NCBI RefSeq assembly: GCF_018977255.1
Contig: NW_024704743.1
Location: 85,004,001 to 85,068,000, forward strand
DNA from: Callorhinchus milii
Lineage: Eukaryota
Reading direction: 5' to 3'
Length of the DNA: 64,000 nt
This document shows, piece by piece, positions 40,236 through 52,249 of the stretch. How positions within the stretch are numbered: the stretch's first letter is position 1; each line of letters starts with the position of its first letter. The position numbers and the translations under genes were made by a program. The notes under the pieces are model-generated. The model was not told the DNA's origin. It saw nothing but the letters and a program-made list of their open reading frames with translations, and did no database searches.

Positions 40236-41484
40236 TATCCTCCCACTCATGTGATCCTGGTTACAATTACCATTTGTTGAGAGCCTGGAACTAGGGATTA
40301 GAGAAATGTGCAAAGAGGTGGAGTGATCACTATTTTAAACAGAGGAAACCTAACATTGAGAGAAGTTGGAGTCAAAACAAAACGTGCATTATGCACTGTT
40401 CCAAAATAAAAGCTGCAAAATATAGTCCGTGCAAACTGCACGTAAAATCCTAATCTAGTCCCTGCACACTACAAGTAAAATCCTAAAAAGCGCTTTGAGA
40501 CATTCTTCTGACGTGAAAGGTGCTTTATCAAATGTAAAGATTATTTTTAATTTAAAGCCATCATGCCATTCACACATGGTTTCCAATATGTCTGCAGTGC
40601 ACTTAAGGGTTAGTTACATCTGCATAAAATCCCCATTATATTGCTGCCCTGTTACATGTTTTCACAATAATAAATAATCGTTGGATTATAGTACTCTGTT
40701 CAGCAATGCTTAAGAGTTTAAAGAATGTTTGGGTGGTGCACTGTTGAGCTTCACAAGTAAAGGTTTTGGAGACAGATTTAGATATGTTTATGAGTATTAT
40801 TGTACAAAAAAACACATTTCTGTGGGTGTTTCCACCCCTGTAATTATACAGCTTCCATTTCACGTCTTTCAAGGAAATGGGAGCATGAACTGATAAAAGA
40901 AAAATGATTCCACGTCCAATAATTGCAAACAACTCGAAACAGAGTGTGTCATTTCAGAAAACTGTCACTGCATGTGGCGGCAAGTTTCTAAATTATTGCA
41001 TTAGATATTTTTCTTTTAATTTGCATCTTTAGATGAATACTTGATTGGACTGCTACTTGGTTGCTAATAAGCAGTATCAAGTACTTGATGTCTAGGCCAT
41101 GGATAACACAGCAGATGTGGAGTAAAACCCACAATAATCATTGAGATCAAACCCCTGCTGCTGGCTACAAATTGGAATCCTTTTGCTACATTTACATAAT
41201 GGGATTTCCCACATGTTACCTCCCTGATTAAGATTAGGCTTCAAAATGTGGGGGTTTACAGTGACCCTGAGTCATTGACTGAAAATCCTGCCAGTAACTA
41301 ATTATACTACAGCTATCTCTTTCCAGTGTTTTCTAAGATGTTGAGTTGACTGTCTGGTACAAAGTGTCACCATGTATTGCACATGCAGAGCTGCATACAG
41401 ACACAAAGCCCTGAAACAGAACAGGGATAATTCCAACCTTCCTTTCGCCCCTCCCTCTTTCTGGCAAGTAACTCCAGGCAAAGT

Positions 41485-41845
41485 CCAGTGTAGCATTTAA
41501 GTTAAAGCACTCGGCTCACAAGTGAAAGGACCTGAGTTCGATTCTGGGGCAGGTTGAAAACATAGGCAAGTTTCCTTACTCCACACTCCTCTGTTTACCT
41601 AGCAGTAAATATGAACCTGGTTGTTGGTCGATCGGTAGATCGCTTTTCTGGGGGTAATGAGCCTTTTCAAAAAAAATTAATTAAAAATAATAATAATTTG
41701 GTCACTCAATCCAAGACCGTTTGTGGAACACTGCTCTGCGCAATTGGCTGTAGGGTTTCGCACACAAAATATACAGTACAATTTACAGTAAATTCTATGA
41801 GGCACTTTGAGATATCGGGATGACGTGGTAATCAAATGCAAGGAT
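41485..41845 (+). mobile_element. Older, longer variant of the tRNA-Deu SINE
   Basis: Same head (GACCTGAGTTCGATTC, GGCAAGTTTCCTTACTCCACAC) and Deu domain as the young family, with an extra central segment CCTCTGTTTACCTAGCAGTAAATATG. Confidence 0.85.
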
Positions 41846-42332
41846 CATGCAAAAATCGATCAAAACTCACTGCATAGGGAGTTTATTGAATCTGTTGCTT
41901 ATTCTGTGAATGAAATATATTGTTAATGTTTATGCATCTTAGGCAAGACGCCTCAGGAAAGAAGTGGGAATTCTCCCTCTGAAGAGCCTTACAATTGGAC
42001 TAAAGATACCAATATCCATTGGAATGGCCACAGAGAAACAGTAGAAATTCAATAAAAAATCACAAAAAGATGCAGCAGGAAAGCTTGCAAACGACAATAT
42101 AAAAGATAAGCTACGGGTTTTTAGCTGGTTGGACACCAGCAGTACCCCAACACACACTCTGGGGTCCCCAAGCCCTGGCTCTTGCCAACCTTTCCGGAAT
42201 TGGGTAAGCAGGATGTGTTCCTCTAGGAAGAGAGTGGTCATTCCATTCTAACAATCTATCTCTGGAATTTCCGTGTGTAGATGGGAAGCATGGAATTCTC
42301 AGTTCGATTTGGATACTTTTAAGCAGGGTGAT

Positions 42333-42510
42333 GGGTTTCTGCCTCAAAACCCTCTTCTTCGACCATGCCATCGGCCAGCCCCTTCCTCTCCCCTCCCTTC
42401 TCCCGCCCTGACCCCAGCTCGGGTCTGAAATGCTGTACACTGTCCAGCGCTTCGGGATGTCCTCCCAATGTGAAAGGCGCTATACAAATGTAATCTTGTT
42501 GCTGTTGTGT
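42333..42510 (+). mobile_element. L2 LINE 3' end
   Basis: LKTLFFDHA C-terminus, stem-loop GCGCTTCGGGATGTCCTCCCAATGTGAAAGGCGC, TTG tail. Confidence 0.85.
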
Positions 42511-42559
42511 CATATACCAGCTGACCACAAAGAATAATGCCCTTCACAAAGGATAATAT

Positions 42560-44340
42560 CCAAGAGCACTTTATAATGATGGGGTCAGTCGCTATGCAGT
42601 GGGAAGGGTGAAGAGGAGGTGACCATAGGCACAGTCGAAGAAGTAGGTTTAAAGGCGGGACTTGTAGACAGTTAAAGAGGGGACAAGACAGTGAGACAAA
42701 GGAAAGGAGTTCTGGAGGTTAGAGACATAGAATTTGACACCTCAACCACAAATGTGGCACAGATAAGGTGGAGGGCGCACAGCAAGCCCGAGTTAGCTAA
42801 GCAGAGGGGATAAGCAGAGTTGCAGCAAAGGAAGAAAAAGAGAGCTGCTAGGATATAAAGGGATTTGTAGATGAGGATGAGGACCTTGAAATTGATCTGC
42901 TGGGAGTGAGGGAGTCAGTGGCGCCTGGTGAGGACTGGAGTAAAAAGCAGGCAGAATTTGGTGCAGGTAAGGATGCGGGCCATGGAGTTTAGGATTTAGC
43001 TGAAATTTATGGGTGGTGGAGCTTGGGAGAATCAGGGTGGAGTACAATTGAAATGTCCAGGCAGTGGGCATTGAAGGTATTGATGAGGGTTTTGATAGCA
43101 TTTGGTGTGGGATTGGAACAGAGGTGAAAATAAGTCACTGGAGTTATGATACAACAATAACAACAACAAAATTACATTTGTATAGTGCCTTTCACATTGG
43201 GAGGATGTCCCAAGTTGCTGGACAGTCAGTGTTTCAGACCCGAGCTGGGGGTTGGGATTGGGGAGGGCGGGGGGGAAGCAGGGAGATCAAAAGCAAGGTC
43301 GAAGAGGAGGGTCTTGAGATGGCTCTTGAAGAGGTAAGGGAGGTGGCAAGGCGGAGGGACTGCGGGATGGAATTCCAGAGGGTGGGGGTGGAGTGGCAGA
43401 AGGCCGGCCTGCCAATCGTGGGGCGGACGAGGCAGGGGATGTGAAGCAGACCGGAGCCCACTGAGCAGAGAGAATGGGCAGGATGGTAGGGGGTAGGAGG
43501 TCGCAGAGGTAGGGGCAGCAAGACCATGGAGGGCTTTGAAGGTGAAGACCAGGATCTTGAACTGTGATCTTTGTGTGATGGGAAGTCAGTGGAGTCGAGC
43601 GAGGATGGGGGAGATAAGGTCACGGAGCCTGGTCTGGGAGAGGACACGGGCTGCAGAGTTCTGGATGGAAGGAGGAGTTGGGAGGCCGACAAGCAAGGAG
43701 TTTGCATAGTCAAGCCTCAATATAATGAATGCGTGTCTGAGGGTTTCGGTGGCCTGCAGTGTGAGACAGTGACGGAGCCAGGCAATGTTGCGGAGGTGGG
43801 GGAAGGCAGAGAGAGTGAAAAACTAGGGGTAAAGAAAAAGTGATAATAAACAGGGCAAACTGAAACAACAACAACTTGAGTTTATATTGTGTCCTTCACA
43901 GGGGTAGCATCTCAAAGCATTTAATGGTGTGTTGTGGTTTGACACTGAGCTGGAAAGAGAGGGGAGTGACCAAAGGCATGGTCGAAGAGGAAATTCCAGA
44001 AATTCAGCGTATAGTGGCTGAGAACCTGGCCACCAGTGATGGAGAGGTGGGGACGAGGGACATGCAGAAGACCCAAGCCAGCTGGGCGAAGGCAACGGGT
44101 AATGGAGTGGGATGTGAACAGATCAGAGAAATAGGGAGGTGCCAGGCCATGAATTAATTTGAATGTGAGAGTGAGGATCTTGAAATAAATCCATGTGGCA
44201 AAACTCTATCCTCAAGCATGGTATGTGTGAGGACACAGGGAGTAGAGTTTGTAGCAATTGAATCTTGTTTATAGTGGAGCTGGGGAGACTAACGCGGAGT
44301 GTAAGCGAAGGAAAATAAGGGGCAAAGTGTGGGAGAGAAA
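42560..44340 (-). mobile_element. Cluster of three L2 LINE 3' fragments (42560-43130, 43148-43800, 43862-44340)
   Basis: ORF 43234-43713 contains RPTIGRPAFCHSTPTLWNSIPQSLRLATSL; (CAA)n tails at 43150 and 43865. Confidence 0.88.
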
Positions 44341-45382
44341 GGAAATACAATAAATCGCAATGGGATTATATAATAACAATAATCCTTGCATTTGATATAG
44401 CGCCCTATCACTTGTATGGATTAAAAATATAGGTTGTAGTGTAATAAAATTCCCACATGTGAATTGTTTCAAATCGTGAGAGCTACCCACTGAGGAGATT
44501 GCTGCACTAAACCTAAAAATGTGCAGTAGCAAACTTACCACAGCTGCAATCTATCAAAATACAGAGACCCAGACAGACCATTCTCCCCAGCACAAATTAC
44601 CTCTAATGGAAGGTCTCAGAACCGTTAAGATTAACAGTTTTTATGCTCCGCTTTTATGCAATAGCATCAATAAATACTTTTCTGCGCATTAGCCCTACAA
44701 ACCCTGATTCACTCAATGAATAAATAAATGTCTATTTAATGTTGGTGTACACTATTTCATGATAGCAAACAGGACTTAGCCATAACCCTAACCTACACCG
44801 AATTACAACCTTTTCATAAATATCTATCTATCAATCACTGGAATGTTATGGTAGTCAGAATGAACTTCAGAGTTGGCAATACATTAAAAAATAGTACTTT
44901 GATTATTTCTCAGCTTGTGGTTTGCCAGCTGTTCTGTCTATGCACTTTTATATCTCTGAGAGTAATGGAGACCTCTACATGAATTACAAGGCTATAAACT
45001 ATTTGATGGGTTTGAATGGCTTCATAAACTGAGAGTGAAGCTCAAGTGGTGCTGGAACATCATCTGCACTCTGTGATGGGAAGCATGCCTTAAACTGTGT
45101 TAGAGGTATCTACTGTACAGATCATGAATTGTGATTGTGATGAATTGTGAATTCTATGAATTTAGTTTTCTTTAGTTTATTTAATTTGATGTGAACATTT
45201 TCCAAAGCGAATTAGAAAGTAGCATTCTATGACACAAGTAAAAGGTTCGGTTCTAATGTAGGACTTCAAGGTCTGTTTGGATTTATGTCCTTGGAAAGAA
45301 ATAGGATCTTGAGCAGTATTACCAAATTATGTAACATTTAGGGGGATCAGTCAACCTCTTTGTCGACAAACATATATTATCC

Positions 45383-45555
45383 AAAAGGCAAAATGCTGCA
45401 GATGCTGGAAATCTGAAATAAAAACAGAAGTTGCTGGGAGCACTCAGCAGGTCAGGCAGCAACTATGGAGAGAGAAAAGTCACTTTCCTGACTTTCCTCT
45501 CTCCATAGATGCTGCCTGAGCTGCTGAGTGTTCTCAGCAACTTCTGTTTTTATAG
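45383..45555. mobile_element. Fold-back solo Penelope terminal repeat with 12-bp TSD
   Basis: About 65-bp inverted arms (45418-45482 / 45489-45553) homologous to the Penelope end at 25540-25610; CATATATTATCC at 45371-45382 and 45556-45567. Confidence 0.9.
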
Positions 45556-45769
45556 CATATATTATCCTTCATTTATAAAGCCGTAGACAGTCAAAGGTCA
45601 CGTAAGTTATTCAGTAAGAGGAAAATATTCCTTTCCTCTCATCCTCAAAGCTACATCACTCATTTTTAAAACTATGGGTTGTGTTTTGCCCAGTTCACCG
45701 ATGTATTGATCATGTTAGCATGCAGAATGATGGGACATTTCAGAGGAGAAAGATTGTTTTCTGGGGTTA

Positions 45770-45965
45770 ATAATCCCTACAAAATATAAATAATAAAATT
45801 TGGTCATTCCATCCATGACTTTGTGGAAGACTACTGTCAAAATTGGCTGCTGCATTTCAACCACAAAATCTACAGTCAATGTACACTTTACAATATGTTC
45901 TGTAAAGCACTTTGAGACCTCTCAATGATGTGATAAGGCAAGATATCAAATGCAAGGATTATTAT
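45770..45965 (+). mobile_element. DeuSINE 3' half
   Basis: TAATAATCCC...TTTGGTCATT...AATTGGCTGC...CAAATGCAAGGATTATT. Confidence 0.8.
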
Positions 45966-47064
45966 TTGTTACTTCAAGCATTCCTCCTCTCCCAAGACTA
46001 GCGTTAAAAAATTAACAATTGGGAAAATTTACCTTGTTAAGGAATATTTGGTCATTATGGCATGGCTGAGAAAGCACATCAACATAGTTTAGGGAGTTTA
46101 ACATTGGGAAACGGTGGTAAAATAATAATATCAAAATTTCCAAAAAAGCATACATTCACATTGGATTATTTTGGTTCACACATGTGTCTCCAATTCAGTT
46201 AGTCCTCTTGTTGTGAGCTAACTAGTTTAATATATTTTTCTGTTTCTTTCCAGTTGTTTGTGGTTAAGATGTAAAATAAAGGGTTCAAGATACATGTTAA
46301 GAATCAGTGATACTCCTTGTTATAGGCCAATAGGTGAGGGCATTGCCGGATGTAGCACTAAACTATACATACCCGAAGGAAACAGGTTTAAATGTGTTGA
46401 GTGAGTTGATCTCAGCTGGAGCAACAGTTGGATTGATAACTATCAGTTTCAGTGCCTGTGGGTTAGAGAAGGGGAATTGAACCACAGTTCCATATTGCTT
46501 ACACAAAGACCCACACTCAATATTACGCCTATGTTGCTGTCAGCTAACATTCAGACCAAGCTCAACAATGATATCTCCTGTAATCCCAGAGCTTCACTGC
46601 TGTTACTTATTAGGTGTTACATGAGTTGAAGGATGGCTGCACAGCCAACCACTTTCATGCAGTGTAGGGCTCCTACTTGCAACTGATGGAACTGTATCAG
46701 TGGCAGGCACAACAACCACTGTGGGCTTGTGGGCTCAATGCTCGAGGAGGCTTTTGCTGCTGTCATGGTGTGGAGTTGCATGTTGGCCCAGAACTGCTGT
46801 TGGCCAGAATACCAACAACAAGTTGCAGCTGCTGAGCTGCTCACATTTATGCTAGTAAAGCTGTTTTTTTCAAGTATCATTTACAGTCATTTTCCCTATT
46901 GACAGTATTGAAGGACTTTCTGGATGGTCCTCTGCGATTGGGAAATCATGTTTTCTCAAGTAGCCACTTCTTGCCATACCTATTGGATATTCTTCAGGTA
47001 GGGAAGCTGCCCTTCCGCACCAATATCTGTGCTAACCTAGCACCATGGGAATAGCATCTGGTCA

Positions 47065-48340
47065 GAAATAAAATCATAAATGATAGTCAATATGGGTTCA
47101 TGAAGGGAGGGTCTTGCCAATCTAAGTTACTGGTTTTCTTTGATGGTGTGACAAGCGAGCTTGATAAGGGTAATATCTGGATTTTAGTAAGGCCTTTGAT
47201 ACAGTTCCTCTTGAGAGGCTAATACTGNAAAAAAAGTGGAAATCAGTGGAGGTATATTACAATGGATACCCAATTGGTTAACCAGAAGAACCCAGGGGGT
47301 GGTGGTACAGGGAATGTCACCAGACTGGGAAAATATTACCAGTGGAGTTCTACAAGGGACTGTTTTGGGACCTCTTTTGTTTAACATTTTTGTAAATGAT
47401 CTGCAACTAGGAATCGCAAGCATAGTGGCTAAGTTTGCAGACGACACCAAGCTAATAAAGATGGTAGACTATGAAGCTCAACAGGATAAATTACAGGAGG
47501 ATTTGAACATATTCGGGAATTGGGCAGATTGGTGGTAGATAAAATTCAATGTGGAGAAATGTAAAGTACTTCACACGGGGACAAAAAATCCTGGAAGGGA
47601 CTATTATTTGAACAGAAGGAAAATAATATGTATGGAAAATGAAAAGGACCTGGGGGTCCTGATTGACAATAAATTAAAGCTCTCCCAACAATGCTCTGTG
47701 TCAGTGAATAAAGCAAACCAGATGTTGGGATGTATCAAAAGATCAACAGCAAACTGAAATAGTGGGGTAATCATGTCACTGTATAAAACATTGGTGAGAC
47801 CATACTTAAAGCACTGTGTACAGTTCTGTTCGCCGAGGTACAAAAAGGATATTGGAGAAATCGAGGAGATACAGAGGAGGGCAACCAAAATGATTGAGGG
47901 AATGGAAGGATTGGACTATGAGGAACGACTAAATAAATTGGGCATGTTCACGCTGGAAAAGAGAAGATTGAGAGGCGACATAATTGCTGTCTTTAAGATT
48001 CTAAAGGGGCAAGATAATATAGATCATGACAAGCTGTTTCAACTTGTCCAGAATAGTAAAACCAAAGGACATGGCTTGCGATTGAAGAGGGGTATATTCA
48101 GAACAAATCTATGCAAACACCATTTCAGTGAGTGAATAGTGAACCTATAGAACAGGCTCCCTAGGGAAACAGTTGAAGCAGGAAATGTTGATTCTTTCAA
48201 ACACAGGTTAGATAGTTTTCTTAGGAAATAACATTATGGATATAGTGCATAGGTAGTTTGGGATATGTGTCCATCGAGCGCCTGGAAGGTAAACTAGATG
48301 GACCTTGGTCTTTTTCTTCTAGCATTTCTTACGTTCTTAT
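47065..48340 (+). mobile_element. CR1 LINE, 5'-truncated, RT and 3'UTR
   Basis: LDFSKAFDTVP, GVLQGTVLGPLLFNIFVNDL, KFADDTKL, LYKTLVRP, LEKRRLRGD; ends in TTCTTACGTTCTTAT octamer-type tail; stops and frameshifts present. Confidence 0.97.
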
Positions 48341-48600
48341 AACAACAAAAACAACAACTTGCATTTATATAGCACACCCTGGAGCATGGAGTCTGACCCC
48401 AAGCTAGGGGGAGAGGGAGGGAGGAGGTGACAGCAAGCATGATTAAAAAGGAAGGTCTTTAGGCGGGATTTGAAAGTGGGGTGGGAGGGGGCAAGGTGGA
48501 GGGATTGAGGGAAAGAGTTCCAGAGTTCAGGGTATAGTGGTTGAAGGCATGGCCATCAATGATGGAGCGGGGGGTCGAGGGGCAAACAGAAGGCTGTCAG
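48341..48600 (-). mobile_element. L2 LINE 3' end, tail-to-tail with the CR1
   Basis: (CAA)n CTTGCATTTATATAGCAC tail and the reverse of FKSRLKTFLF. Confidence 0.8.
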
Positions 48601-49084
48601 ATGAAAGATCATTTTCATCTGGGGGATTGTTGACCAGGAAACCAGGAGTAACTGCCTTCTCTTTGTGAACAGTATCACGGAATTCAAAATGCAGTCCCTC
48701 CCCAGCACTCTGTTCGTGTCATGGTGAACCGATAACCTTCTAATTCAGATTGGTGCAGTTAACGTATTTTATCGATCTGAAATCTTCATTGTTAAAAGTG
48801 CCTCATCATTGGTAGTGATTATAGGATGAGAATTAATAATTTGTCAAACTGGATATTTCAGATTACCAGCACTTCTGTGATGTCACAAAGTTTAGATCAC
48901 AAAAGAGGTTCAGATAAAGAAAGCCTTTCCACCCATTTGATCTCCTTCCAGAGCATCTATTATTCATCACAGAAAAAGCTGTTTTTTAAATGAGTCCATC
49001 GCCTTGGCTAATACTACAGATGAGTGTACTACAAGCTTCATGCCCACTTTCTAGCATCTGAGGAATACTCCTAATAAATATATA

Positions 49085-49905
49085 TCATGCATGGTGAATT
49101 TCCAAGAGAAATGAAAGAACAAGGTCTAGATATGAACCAAAGCTGAAACTGGTTGACTAACGGGGACCTGAAAGCCGAAACAGAGCACTCATGATTTAAT
49201 ATCAGCACAAGACCAAGTTATTACTACCCATTATTATGAAAATAAGATCTTAAAGAGAAAGATTGATCCAAAATGCCGAATATGCAATCGAGCACCAGAA
49301 ACAGTAGACCTCATATGGTCATAATGTTCAGCCCCAGCACAATCAAAGTAACTGGTTCAACATAACAATGTAGTTAAATATATTCACTGGCCAATTTGTA
49401 AACACTTTGATGTTTACAAAAAACAATTGAAATGAACTTCAACCAACAATAGTTACATAAAAAAATTATAATAATCTGGGACTCATAAATGGATACATAT
49501 AGAACAGTAATCAGTAACAAACCAGAAATCATTCTAAAAAACACCAACTGGATTGTACATATAGTGTTATTGATGTGGCTATCCCAAGCGATTAGAACAT
49601 AAGAAATAAGGAACTAAAGAAGATCAATAAATATATCAATCTACGAATTGAATGTGGAAGCATGTGACCATATAAAACAAGCATAGTTTCTATAATCATT
49701 AGTGGGACTGTTAATAAGACTATTAAGAAATGCCTTGACAATATGCAAAATATCAACCACCTGCAGAAAATAGCTATTTTAGGAACATACTAAGAAAAGT
49801 AACATCCATTCATATGTAACTGGGCAGTGTTATTGGTCTGACTGACCCATCACTGAAAACCGTTCAGAAAATACCTCTACAGAGTGATTTAAAATGTAAT
49901 AATAA
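49085..49905 (+). mobile_element. Decayed R4/Dong-clade non-LTR retrotransposon 3' end (CCHC + restriction-like endonuclease)
   Basis: Translates across stops to MHGEF..WLTNGDLKAETE..ISAQDQVITT..DPKCRICNRAPETVDLIWS*C..HNNVVKYIHWPICK..IIWD..NKPEII..IDVAIP..KINKY..LQKIAILGT; ends in (TAA)n. Confidence 0.88.
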
Positions 49906-49995
49906 GAATCCTTATATTTGGTATAGCAACGTTCACGTCAGGAAGACATCTCAAAGCACTTCACAAAATATACTGTAAAGTGTAGTGACTGTGTG
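49897..49995 (-). mobile_element. SINE 3' tail
   Basis: TAATAATAAGAATCCTTATATTTGGTATAGC...CACGTCAGGAAGACATCTCAAAGCACTTCAC is the reverse of the SINE tail. Confidence 0.8.
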
Positions 49996-50435
49996 CTTTA
50001 TAGGTGGGAGTTGCTATATAGAATCAGATTCACTGAATGTCAGTGGATGTAAAGCTTTGATATTGCTCATGTGAGAGTGAGAGGTATAAATCCCATTTTT
50101 CACTTACAATTACAATAACATAATTAACCATAGAACTTCAGTCTTAGTTCTGTAGCTGGGATCAGCCTTCATCCTCCACTGTTCCTGGCAATCTTTCTTG
50201 GGCTAGTAAATCAACACTGTCATTCAGACTCTAATGGCAATCCGACAAGTTTGCAAAAAATGTATTGCGTGAAGATAAGTGCCAAGGCATTACATTACTA
50301 TCTATTTGCAATAGGATCTCATGGTACATGCACATGAAGGAAAGATAAACATGTAAATGATGGGCTGATTGCTAATGGATTTCTTAAACAGATTGAGTGC
50401 CATGTGAATTATTGCCATGGATGACTGAAAATAAA

Positions 50436-50750
50436 GAATAATAATAATCCTAACATTTGATATAGCGCAGTTCACATGAGGAGCACTCTCAAAACACTTC
50501 ACAGGATACATTGTAAAGTGAAGTGACTTATAATGTTAATAAAATGCATTAAGAAATAAAGCAAAAAAATAATAATTTGGTTGCTCAATCCACAATTGTT
50601 TGTGGGACACTGCTGTGCGCAATTGACTGCCACATTTCACCCACAAATTACACAGTGAATTCACTTTCCAGTATATTCTGTGAAGCACTTTGAGATGTTT
50701 CAAAGTCGTGATAAGGCTCTATATCAAATGCAAGGATTATTATTATTATT
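50436..50750. mobile_element. Two divergent SINE 3' fragments (minus 50436-50530, plus 50568-50750)
   Basis: Deu motif TGTGGGACACTGCTGTGCGCAATTGACTGCC and both tails visible. Confidence 0.8.
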
Positions 50751-52249
50751 AAAGCCATTGACATGACTGGAAAAAGTCATCCTGACGAAGAAATATGAAG
50801 AGTAATGTATTATGCAAAGTAACAAATGTGAAAGTGGCAAGGATATGGAAATTACAGTGAAAACCAACTGCTTATTGTTTTAGAACTGGAAAGAGTAATG
50901 CTTACACAATGTAATGGATGGCTACAATCTAAATTTTCTGTACTTAATGGTTTCTCATTTTGAGCCACATGTGACTTCGTTTTTCATAAGTTCTGGTAGT
51001 CACACATGCTATGAGTTGAAACTCTGCTTTCCTCAGGGAGGTTAAAATCCTCTGTAAGCTATTTAAACTAAAAAAAAGTAAAAATATTCTATGCACTTTC
51101 TATCCATTTTCTTTTCGCCGAACTTTTAAAAAACCTTATTAAGACTCTAGCCACTTTGTACAAATTCATGAAATAAGACTATCCCCTAAATGCAATGTCT
51201 GAATCATTTATTTTTATAGTGTTGAAATTCCTTTGACAAAGGCCAATTTTGTTTTTACATTACCACTCAAATGTGGCTTTTTTTTTACAATCATAAACAG
51301 TTTAGCTTGAGCTCAGTAGCCAAATCCAAATTTATAGTTGTCAGATGGCTTGGACAAAGTCCAACCTATGTGATACAGGGGTAGTGAGTATTTCTGTTGC
51401 TTAGTCACCAATTTTGTTTGGCAGAAACAGAAAGGTTTCGGAAGTACACGTATGATCAGAAAGTAACAGGAGTTTGTCTAGACATTCTGGAATACATGCC
51501 GTGAGGTCGATTTATTATTGTTATTTACATCAAACACTGTCATTAAGGAGTCATGGCCAGCAGATATATTTAGTTTGGTTGCTAATGAGGAACATATTTA
51601 CTCTGTCATATAATCTCCATCACAGATGATGTGATAACTCACTGTTGTGGATTCACCAGGTTATTGAGTAAAGTGGCTCAACCTCCGTGGGTTAGTGTAG
51701 AATTACAACAGCTTGTCAAACATTTCCAACTAAAAAACAAAACGGTTAAAATAATTTACGTTATACATTGGCCATGACATGTTCTGGTAATTGATTGCCA
51801 ATTGTGTCTCAATAAACCAGAAATAACGGCATCAGAATGAATATTATTGCTGTTGGTTGTCAGCAAAAAAAACAGATAAAACTGAATAAAATTACTCCAT
51901 AAAGTTCACAACTTAATACAGTACAGATATAAATCAGATACTTTGGAGTGATTACAGGGCACTTTTCTAACCTTGAGGTTCAGATCATGGTTATAAACCA
52001 TTTGAGCTGTGCATAGGCAGTTTATGATGTCACCTAAAACCCCTTCATTATACTATTGCCTGGTAATTGTTGCCAGATATTCTTCATTTACATTTCGAAT
52101 GAAGTAAGCACTGCTTTTTTTTCACATGAAACAAGCAACTCAAGCATTCTTCAGTGCAGGTGATTGTGTTGAATTCACAAGATGACAAGAGAGATTCAGA
52201 ATTTTTAAACATTTCTTTGCCAAAAGCCAATTTTCGACTTCAAAGTTTG

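Noticed and set aside
47228..47228. Frameshift near an ambiguous base in CR1 (also N at 53787)
   Set aside because: N bases next to homopolymers indicate sequencing or assembly uncertainty, not biology.
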